The notes beneath the pieces are model-generated. The model searched no databases. It saw nothing but the letters and a program-made list of their open reading frames with translations, and was not told the DNA's origin. From contig NW_024704742.1 of the NCBI RefSeq assembly GCF_018977255.1, positions 104,410,001 to 104,474,000 on the forward strand: 64,000 nt of DNA. The letters are read 5' to 3'. Each line of letters starts with the position of its first letter. Position 1 is the first letter of the stretch. The translations under genes and the position numbers were made by a program. This document shows positions 51,004 through 61,372 of the stretch, one piece after another. The stretch comes from Callorhinchus milii (lineage: Eukaryota).

Positions 51004-51879
51004 GTAAGTATTATATGGAACACTTAATTTTATTACAATTTGTAATCTGACTTGTTAACCAGTCAATTCTGTAAGTGCTCACAAAGAACATTGTTGCAGC
51101 AGAATTCATTGTAAATGTGATACAGAGAACGGTTCAATGTATTGGGCATTTAATATAAGATTCAACATAAAACTTATTTTTATCAAAGTAAGATTCACTT
51201 CAGTTTATCAGTAAAGCACTATCTAGCCATTTCACTAGCATTTCTGTCAAAAACACTCATCCTTCTCATTAATCCTGGTATGTTTTTCTTTAAAGGGAAT
51301 CTAACTGTCATTAGAAAAAAGCCTGTTCAGCCCGATTGATATCTTTCAGAATACCAACCAATTGTCATTCCTCAACCACAGTTTTTAGTTACTCATTTTG
51401 GGTGATGACCAAAGGACTATGTCCTAAAGGGCATAAATCAATGTAATACTAAGTATATGTTTACCATGGTCAATAAGTCTAGAGCAGGGATACACTGATT
51501 CAAGCTCAGATAAAGGAGGATGAACAGATTTGATTAGTTTCCTTGATGGAGATGAATATGTGGAAAAGACAATCCAGGGAGTTGGTGAAACTAGATTGTG
51601 TCAACAAATGTGAGAAGGAATTGGATAGCTCTACAGAGAATTGAGGTTTATGAGAAATAGAATAGTGAAGCACTATTTATTTGTTTCAATCTTTGGGACA
51701 GGCCAGGCAAATCGCGAAGGTCTTTTAGGGTTCTGTACATTCCTGTGTTTAAAATCATGAAGATTGTTAACTTGCTCTGTAAAAAAAAAAGTTAATTGAA
51801 ACTATTTATGATTGTTGGAACTAAATTAAGTTTAAGCAAATATCTTTTCGCTTGAGGTTGCAATACAAGAATAGTTATT

Positions 51880-52205
51880 ATAATAATAATAATAATAATC
51901 CTTGCATTTGATATAGCGCTTTTCACGTCGGGAGGACGTCCCAAAGCGCTTCACAGAACACACTGTAAAGTGAATTGACTGTATATTTGTGGGCGAACGC
52001 GGCAGCCAATTGCGCACAGCAATGTCCCACAAACAGTCGTAGATTGAAAATGACCAATTTTTATTATTGTTTTTGGTTTTGGAGGGATTATTATGAGGCG
52101 TGTGGAGTAAGGAAACTTGCCCAAGGTTTCGCCCTCTGCCTGGAATTGAACTCAGGTCTCTCGCTTGCAAAGCGAGTGCTCTAACCACTGAGCTACAGGA
52201 CTCCA
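51880..52205 (-). mobile_element. tRNA-derived SINE, short subfamily
   Basis: Family match with long (AAT)n tail. Confidence 0.93.
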
Positions 52206-52652
52206 CATTATGAAAAGTAATCAGGAAATTCAGCATACAATCTAGACAAATGGTAGATTTTTCTATGGATTAAACTGTCTGTGCTGCTGCCCAGCGTGGA
52301 AAGTGCTATATAAATGCAAGTTGTTGTTGATTCATACAGACCAGGAGTTAACATAATGTGTTTATAGGACTTCAGAAAAATCAAAGCGAGAATTTTGGAA
52401 CAGTTGGGCCATCTGATGAGATTAGTTAAATAAAATAATTTGTAATACTTCAGAATAAGATGTATTGAAAATGATATCAGACTCTGTTATTGCAAATGCC
52501 AAATGAGGATCTTTAACAAGTTCCCAGAAGACTAGGGTAGAGCTGATCTCATAGGAACTGAGTACCAGTATTTCTGTATCGGAAAAAAACAACCTTGTTT
52601 ATGTAGAAAGAGCATGACGACATATGTTTTCAATATGTTTTACAATTCTCAG

Positions 52653-52779
52653 ATATAAAACTCAAGGGATTGTGAAGGAAACTCCAAACAGGATAGTGGA
52701 TTACATTCGTCCTGGCCCACACCGGTTACAATGGGATAGTTTAATGACCACTTTGGACATTGTTGAGGAATTCCAACAG
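52653..52779 (+). CDS. STARD4: STARD4 coding exon 3 (YKTQGIVKETPNRIVDYIRPGPHRLQWDSLMTTLDIVEEFQQ)
   Basis: Acceptor ttctcag, donor gtaagg at 52780, 127 nt, phase-compatible with the previous exon. Carries the START-domain motif IRPGPxRLxWDSLMT. Confidence 0.95.
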
Positions 52780-54298
52780 GTAAGGTGGTTCTATAAATGA
52801 ACAATTTGTTGTGTACATTATCTGTGTTGTGCATATAGGCAAAATGTATATCATTTGATAATAATAATAATCCTTACATTTGCTATAGTGCCTTATTATG
52901 TTGGAAGGTCGTCTCAAAGCACTTTACAGGAATTACTGTGAAATGGATTGACTGTGTATTTGTAATAATAATCCTTGCATTTGATATAGTTCTTTATCAC
53001 GTTTTCGAGACATGTCAAAGCGCTTCATAGAATATACTGTAAAATGAATTGACTCTATATTTTGTGGGCGAAATGCGGAAGACAATTGTTCGCAGCAGTG
53101 TCCCACAAACAATTGTGAATTGAGTGACTAAATTATTATTTTTTGTAGTCAAACATGGCAGCACAGCAATGCGCCACAAACAGCCATGAAATGAGTGATC
53201 AATTTTATTTGGTGGATTGTTGGTCAGGATACCAGGAGAAACTCCCTTCTCTTTTCGAAAAGTGTTACAGGATCTTTTAACGTCCACCTGAACAGGCAGA
53301 CCAGACCTGGGTTTAATGTCTCATCCAAAGACCTTAATAGTTCACAATTCTATTTCTATAATGATGTACTGTAACACAGACCACCCAAGCTAGTGAAACT
53401 TAGAGGCAGTCATGATTCAAGCATCACAGATTATTAACACAGCAGGAAAATCTCAACAGCCTGAACAGCTAGACCAACCAGACTATCTCTAACAGTCTCT
53501 TGGAGGAGTGTAGGCACCCGGTGCCCTGTACCATACCTGGGGGTGCTCAACCGTGTTCTTCCCAAATTCACTTGGCCAGTCTTCAGCTCGGGATTCTTTA
53601 TATCCTGTATCAGGATCTTTCTTCCTTGAGCCAGAACGTAGCACTGGATCAACAGTTTTATGGACAACCTTCCCCCATCCACTTCTCCAGGTTAATACGG
53701 AGGATTAGAGGCTGACAAACACGAGAGGCCCATTACACTATATAGAAGTGAAACACGTAATACTATATATACATATATATGTGAAATACTGCTGTTTTGT
53801 GACTCACTATAAACATGTTGAGTAATTGGTTGTCTCTGAGCTCATCCCTCAGTTGGAATAGAGGAGCAGCACTTCAGTGATCTGAGGGGCCCAGAGAGCA
53901 ATGGTGAAATCTGCAGCAGCAATTGGAAACTCTTATAGAAAAAGAGTGGGAGATCAAAGGATAAGGGTTTTATGGAGAGGGAGAGCTATGAAGGAATAGA
54001 GAGAAGCAAAAGAACTGAAGAAGCTAAGGAAGAAAAGTCCCTGCAGTTGAGGACAAAAGAAAGCAATGAAAGTGAATTTTACAATTTCATGTAAAATTCC
54101 ATGTTAACCACAGATCACTCAAACAAGGCAGATTCTTATATACTTTTATATTTAGTTACTTTTATATAATAATTTGGTTTCTCAATCCACGACTGTTTGT
54201 GGGACATTGCTATGTAGCCTTTCACTCACAAAATATAGTCAATTAATTTTACAGTATATTCTATGAAGTGCTTTGAGATGTTTTGAAGGTGCGATAAG

Positions 54299-57200
54299 TG
54301 GCTGAGCTGGAATCTGAGGTGCAGACACTGCGGGGTATCCAAGACAGTGAGTGCTTCCTGGATAGCTACATTCTGGAGACAGTCACTCCCCTGAGGGAAT
54401 ATACACTCAATATTGATTATGATCAGGATAGGTCAATGGACAGTCAAGAGGTCAGGGGTACAACGGAAAGAGTGGTAATAAATCTGGCATTAACCATGAA
54501 CAACAGATATGAGATCCTTGGAACTTGTATCGACAAGGAAGCCGGTGAGGTGGAAGGAAACACTGGGGCAAAAGAGCGGATGGTTGTTGTCATTGGGGAT
54601 GAGACTATTAGGCAGACAGACACAATCATCTGCAACACCAATCAGAAGACCAGAAGGCTTTGTTACCTCCCTGGGGTCGGGGTGCAGGATGTCTCGGCAG
54701 AGTTAGAGGACAATTTAAAATATGAGGGCAAGGATCCGTTGGTGGTACTTCACATAGGTACCAATGACATCGGTAGAGTAGGTCAAGATACCTTGAGAAG
54801 GGAATTTGAAGAGCTGGGATCCAAATTGAAGTTGAGATCATCGAAGGTGGTAATATCGGGACTACTGCCTGTACCATATGACAATTGGTACAGGAACAAA
54901 CAAATTAAGGGCTTGAACGCATGGCTAAAAGAGTGGTGCGGAACTCAGGGGTTTCTTTTTATGGGCCACTGGCACGAATATTGGGGGAAACGAGAGCTCT
55001 TTTGGAGAAAAGGGCTGCATTTAAATCGTGCTGGGACAAATGTCCTAGCTAAACGAATTAACAGGGAAATAAATAGGAATTTAAACTAGTAAAGGGGGGG
55101 AATATATAGGTAAGAGAAACCATAAGCATTAGAAAACGTAAAGATGACAGTGCAGAATAGCATGCTAGATAATAGGAATATGTTAACTAGGGGTAAGAAG
55201 CTTGGCAAAGTAGATAAGGAATCAGAGTAGAGGAAATGGTAGGAAATTAAAAATGTTATATCTGAATGCGCGAAGCATTCGGAATAAAACTGATGAATTA
55301 AAAGCACAGATAGACACATATGGGTACGATCTAGTAGCCATCACTGAAACATGGTTACAAGGAGATCTAGGGTGGGAGTTAAATATTCCAGGGTTCTCAG
55401 TTTACAGGAAAGATAGGCACTGTGGGAAAAGAGGTGGGGGTAGCCCTGTTAATTAGGGATAAAATAAAAGCAGTGGAGAGGAAGGATCTGAAATCCGATG
55501 ACCAGGAGGTCGAGACAATATGGGTGGAAATAAAAAATAATAAAGGGCAGAAAATATTAATGGGAGTGGTTTATAGACCCCCAAACAGCGATCACAATAT
55601 AGCACAGGGTATCAATCAAGAAATCAGTGGAGCATGTAGGAAAGGTAAAGCGATAATAGTGGGTGATTTCAATCTCCACATAGATTGGGAAAACCAAATC
55701 GGCAAAAGTAGTTCAGAAGAAGAGTTCATTGAGTGTATGAGAGATAACTTTCTAGAGCAGCATGCTGAGGAACCAACTAGGAGACAGGCTATCCTAGACT
55801 TGTTTTGTGTAACAAAATAGGGCTAGTTGGCAGTGTAGGTATTAAAAATCCTGAAGGGCAGAGTGATCACAATATGAATGAATTCTGCATTAAGTTAGAA
55901 AGGGATATAGTTAAATCCGAGGCAAGTATTCTGAATTTAAATAGGGCTAATTTTGTAGGTATGAGGAAAGATTTAGGTAAAATAGACTGGAGAATAAGAT
56001 TAAGAGATAAAAATGTAGACCAACAGTGGCAAATATTTAAGGATGTAGTGCAAAATTCTCAGCGGTCGCATATTCCCTTGCGGAGTAAGAGTACCACAGG
56101 GAAAGCAATTCATCCGTGGCTAACTAGAGCAGTTAGCAGTTAGGGAAAGCATCAAATTAAAAGAAAAGGCTTATAAAACTGCCAAGAAAAGCGGCAAATC
56201 TGAAGATTGGGAGAGTTTTAGAAACCAGCAAAATAAAACTAAAAGCCTCATTAAGAGTGAGAAAAAGGAGTATGAGGGTAAGGTAGCTAGGAACATTAAG
56301 TCTGATTGTAAAAGTTTTTACAAATATATTAAGAGGAATAGGCTAGTGAGGGTAAATGTAGGTCCACTTCAGTCAGAGACGGGAGAAGTTGTAATGGGGG
56401 ATAAGGACATGGCAGAGTCCCTAAATGGGTACTTTGCATCTGTCTTCACCCTAGAAGACACAACAAGTCTGCCAACAATAGAGATGCACCAAAGGGATAA
56501 GGACAGGGAGCAACTTAGGGAAATTTTCATTAGTAGAGAATTGGTGCTAGGGAAACTGTTAGCACTAAAAAGTGACAAATCCCCTGGTCCGGATGGCTTG
56601 CATCCCAGGGTTTTAAAAGAGGTAGCTTATGAGATAGTGGAGGCCTTATGTCTGATCTTCCAAAATTCCTTGGATTCTGGAACAGTCCCCATGGATTGGA
56701 AGATCGCAAATGTCACACCACTATTTAAAAAAGGTGGAAAGGAAAAGATGGGGAACTATAGGCCAGTTAGTCTCACATCAGTGATAGGAAAAAAATTAGA
56801 ATTGTTGATTAAGGATGTGGTAGTGCAGTATTTAGAGGAGCACAATATAATTGGCCAAGTCAACATGGCTTTACAAAAGGGAAGTCATGTTTGACAAATC
56901 TCATAAAGTTTTTTGAGGACATTTCCAGTAAACTAGATAAGGGTGAATCAGTGGATGTGGTCTATTTGGACTTCCAGAAAGCATTCGATAAGGTGCCGCA
57001 TAAAAGGTTAGTCAAAAAGATAAGGGCCCATGGAATTGGGGGGAGCATATTAACGTAGATTGGGGAATGGTTAATGGGTAAGAAACAAAGAGTAGGGATA
57101 AACGGGTCCTTTTCAGATTGGCGGGATGTGACTAGTGGAGTGCCACAAGGATCAGTCCTTGGGCCTCAGCTATTTACCATCTACATCAACGATCTAGATG

Positions 57201-58150
57201 AGGACATTGAAGTTAATATATCTAAATTTGCAGATGACAAAACTAGGAGGAAGTGCCAACACAGAGGATAACATTAAAAAAAATACAGCGAGACATAGAT
57301 AGGTTAGGTGATTGGGTGGCAGATGAAGTATAATGTAGGGAAGTGCAAAGTCATCCACCTCGGTAGCAAAAATAGTAGAGCGGGTTATTTTTTAGAAGAG
57401 GAGAGATTAGAATGTGTTAGCGTCCAGAGGGACTTGGGTGTCCTTGTACACCAATCACAGAAGGTTAGTCTGCAGGGGCAGCAGCAATTAGGAAGGCGAA
57501 CGGTATGTTAGCATTCATTATGAAAGGATTAGAGTATAAGAGTAGGGAAGTCTTGCTGCAACTGTATAGGGCCCTGGTGAGACCACACCTGGAATACTGT
57601 GTGCAGTTTTGGTCTCCTCATTTAAGGAAGGACGACTTGCCTTGGAGGGGGTGCAGCGTAGATTTACTAGGTTAGTACCAGGGATGAAGGGGATGAGTTA
57701 CGAGGATAGGCTGACCAATTTGGGCCTATATTCTCTGGAATATAGAAGAATTAGAGGGGATCTTATAGAAACCTATAAGATCATCAAAGGGCATGATAGA
57801 GTAGATAGTGTGAGATTGTTTCCCCTGGTTGGAGAAACTAAAACCAGGGGTCACAACCTTAAAATCAGAGCCCAGCCCTTTCGCACTGAGTTGAGGAAGA
57901 ACTTCTTCACTCAAAGGGTGGTGAATGTATGGAACTCACTACCCCAAAGGGCTGTTGATGCTCAGTCCTTGAACATATTCAAGACTGAGATAGATAGATT
58001 TCTTATTGCAAAAGGGATTAAGGGATATGGGGATAAGACGGGGTTATGTTATTAGCTGGAGTTAGATTAGAAGATCAGCCATGATTGAATGGTGGGGCAC
58101 GCTAGAAGGGCCAAATGGCCTATTCCTGCTCCTACATGAAAAAAATAAAA
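54299..58150 (+). mobile_element. Near full-length CR1 LINE (ORF1 SGNH esterase; ORF2 APE endonuclease and RT, frameshifted) in a STARD4 intron
   Basis: ORF1 motifs IGDETIR, HIGTND, GLHLN. ORF2 motifs [57 protein letters not shown] at 54294-54298 and 58151-58155. Confidence 0.93.
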
Positions 58151-58224
58151 ATAAGGCGCTATATCAATTGCACGGATTATTATATGGGTAATAATTATAT
58201 ACCAAACTCTGATTGTTTACACAG

Positions 58225-58342
58225 CAAGGTTGCTGTATGATGCATTACACGACGGCTGGACAGCTCTGGAATATCATTTCTCCACGAGAGTTCATCGACT
58301 TCTCCTATACCACTGATTATAAGGATGGACTGCTGTCTTGTG
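58225..58342 (+). CDS. STARD4: STARD4 coding exon 4 ([39 protein letters not shown])
   Basis: In-frame acceptor ttacacag ends at 58224, donor gtgagt at 58343, 118 nt. Carries [16 protein letters not shown]. The 5' boundary is slightly less certain. Confidence 0.9.
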
Positions 58343-59167
58343 GTGAGTATTTGTAACTGAGTTTAAAATGTTTCCTTTCCCTCCCATGGAGAATTAGCTG
58401 CTCGGAATCCCTATGATCACAAACTGAAATTGGTAACTGGATATGTAGGGAGTTGTGAGTGCTAACTAGTGGCATACAACTGATTGTAACGAATGCCCTT
58501 TTACTTTATTTTGATTTAGTGAAGTTTTTGTCAGATGGGTATCTGGCATATATAAGTCTGTTGCCATGCTTAAGAGTATCCAAAGCTGACTGAGAGAATG
58601 CCACCTTCCCATGGAAATTTCTCTGTCTGGAATGGAATGTGCACTCTCTCCTTGAAGGAGCAATCCCTGTTTACCTAATTTAAAAGAGTATTAAGCACAA
58701 GTTGTTGAGAGCCAAGACTTATGGATCCAAGCGTGTGCGTTGGGATGCTGCTGGTATTTACCAAGCTAAAACCATGTAGCTTGCCATTGGGAATACTGTT
58801 TAGCAAGCTTTCTGCTGCTTGTTCTACCATCTTGTCTTTGGCTTGCAGGGTTAATGGGAACTGAGTGAGAAGAATTCTTCCACTCCAGTCTTATCAGTGA
58901 GAGAGAACGCCATCAGCAGTGCCTTGGAGTGCTCAGGAACCAGACTACCAAAACTGACACAGAGAGTCACCTTAGCACTAAAGTTTTTGTCAGATGGGTA
59001 TCTGCCCCGCCCCCTGCCCCCGGAGGATAGTCATTTAGTGAAAACAACAGTATCATGTGTGTGTGTAATCATTTAATTTGGCAGAACATTTTGTTTAATT
59101 TTGGGCTTTGGTGCTTTAAAGTTTGCAGTTATATTAAAGGTTCAATTTTGTTCCCTTATTTTTCTAG

Positions 59168-59400
59168 GAATCAGTGTTGAGTCTGAGGAAAAACAATCCA
59201 ATTTTGTTCGTGGATTTAACCATCCATGTGGATGGTTTTGCATTCCCTTGAAGAGCAACCCTGAACGTAGTATCCTGACTGGTTTCATTCAGTCTGATCT
59301 CCGTGGAATGCTGCCACAGTCAGTAGTAGACTCTGCCATGGCAAATTCATTAGTCAACTTCTATAAAGAGCTCAGGAGTGGTTTGAAAGCCAAGATCTAA
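59168..59400 (+). CDS. STARD4: STARD4 last coding exon ([28 protein letters not shown]...LRSGLKAKI*)
   Basis: Acceptor ttatttttctag, stop TAA ends at 59400. [13 protein letters not shown] and [11 protein letters not shown] are characteristic of STARD4 rather than STARD5/6. The spliced CDS is 633 nt and open throughout. Confidence 0.96.
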
Positions 59401-59986
59401 GATGTACCAACCACTTGTTTTTTTTTAAATATAGTAGCTATGGACTATCTTGATTTTTAATTTTCCTGTTCTTTCTTACTACCAAATATCTGGTTAATAT
59501 AGATGTGCAATAATACCTGCCAGTGTAAAGAAGCAATTTTTAAAATTGTATCAGTTCTGGATCTGTATATTTCTGTCTGAAGTCAATAGTAATCACTTTG
59601 CATCCAATTAATTTTAGATCTGATGTTTTGAGTGCCTTGTTTAATTCCATGTGTTGATCCTCAGTTTTAGGGTAAGAGGACTTTATTAGCTCATCATGAC
59701 CCTAGAACTGCTCCAACTTCATTATTATATTGGGCAGGCGGAAAGGTTACCAGAGGTTATCTACGATGGTAATAGACTGTTTTGGTTGAATCATGGCATG
59801 CAATGTATTAGTATGTATTGATTATTTTGGGTTGGGGTTTATCAGTGTTGATAGTAAGTTGTTCAATGATCTGACTACTCTGGATCACCAAAATCAAGAT
59901 TGATTTTGCTGAAGCAATTTTTGGATTCCCTGGAAGGAGTCTATCTATGCCTGATAGAAATTAATTTCCTAATTCAAAACTAGGAA

Positions 59987-60384
59987 CACAAATAGTCATG
60001 GATTAAGTGACCAAATCATTTTTTAAAACATTTTTTGAAGGGATTTTTCGCTCTTAAAAAAAGTGATCCGCCAATCGACTAACAACCGGGTTCCTACTTA
60101 CTGCTAGGTAATAAAGGTGTGTGGAATAAGGAAACTTGCCAAACGTTTCACCCTGCCCAGGAAATCAAACCAGGTCTTCTCGCTTGCGAGGCGAGTGCTC
60201 TAACCACTGAGCTACAGGACTCCAATCCATGACTATTTGTGGGACACTGCTGTGTGCAATTGGCTGCCGTATTTTGCCCACAAAATATAGACAATTCACT
60301 TTACAGTATATTCTTTGAAGCGCTTTGAGACATCTCGAAGATGTGATAAGGCGCAATATCAAATGCAAGGATTATTATTATTAT
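59987..60384. mobile_element. SINE with inverted 5' half
   Basis: 59987-60222 is the antisense head and body; 60223-60384 is the sense core and tail. Confidence 0.9.
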
Positions 60385-60744
60385 AAACTTCCTCTTACCA
60401 GTTTGATTGCATTGCAGAATGCAGTGACTGGTTCTTGATTTTGTTATTAAAATAAGTTTTGATAAACTTTCAGTGCATCAACTAAATTTCTTGACCAAAT
60501 GGTACACTTTGATGTCTTGTCTGTGAATTTGTGTGCAACAGCTTCACATATGGCAAATCACTCTATTGGTCAAAATCTTATTAATAATATTCTGAAATAT
60601 TTATTGAAAATAGTGAATTTGGGCTTCGGGAATTAATGGACAAGAGGTATTGTATTCTCACTACTTTTGTTCTTAACTGAGTGTAGTTTATTCTTTTCAG
60701 CTTGTTCATGCAGTCCAGTATTAAATTGTTTAGTTTGAATATAC

Positions 60745-61372
60745 AGTCCCAGCCAGGATCACTTTCCTCCACTTACTCCACATTGCCCAGCTCCGTCTGT
60801 ACCTCACTGCAAAAGCTGTCAAAACCCTCGTCCATGCCTCTGTCACCTATAGCTTCAATTACTCAAATGCCCTCCTTGCTGGTCTCCCCTGCTCCACTAT
60901 TCACAAAATTCAATAATTTAAAACTCCGCCGCCCGCATTCTCACCTGCACTAAACTCTGCACCTCCATTACTTCAGTCCTTGCCAAACTCGATTGGCTCC
61001 CTGGCACAGAATGGATCGATTTCAAGATCCTCTCTCTATATTTAAATCCCTTCACACTCTGGCACCTCCTCCCACCCCTATCTTTCCAACCTCTCTCCCT
61101 ACATTACTGCCCGCTGCCTCTGCTCGACTGGCTCCGGTTACCTCCTTGTCCCCCGGACACTCCGCCCCACCATTGGCGGCCCCCCCACCCCAAAGCTATG
61201 GAATTCTCTCCCTCAACCCCTTTGCCTAGTCCACTCTCTCCCCATTTTCAGGTTGCGCTCGAAGACCTTCCTTTTCCCCCTTCCCCTAGCTCGGCATCAG
61301 GCTCCACCTGTTAAGCGCTCCAAGACGCCTTCTGGCGAGAAAGGGCGCTATCTAAATGCAAGTTGTTGTTGA
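60745..61372 (+). mobile_element. Old L2 3' fragment
   Basis: KTLVHASVT and LAKLDWLP remnants; tail gcgctatctaaatgcaagttgttg. Confidence 0.8.

Noticed and set aside
59101..59167. N-terminal part of ORF 59101-59400
   Set aside because: Intronic sequence upstream of the acceptor at 59166-59167.
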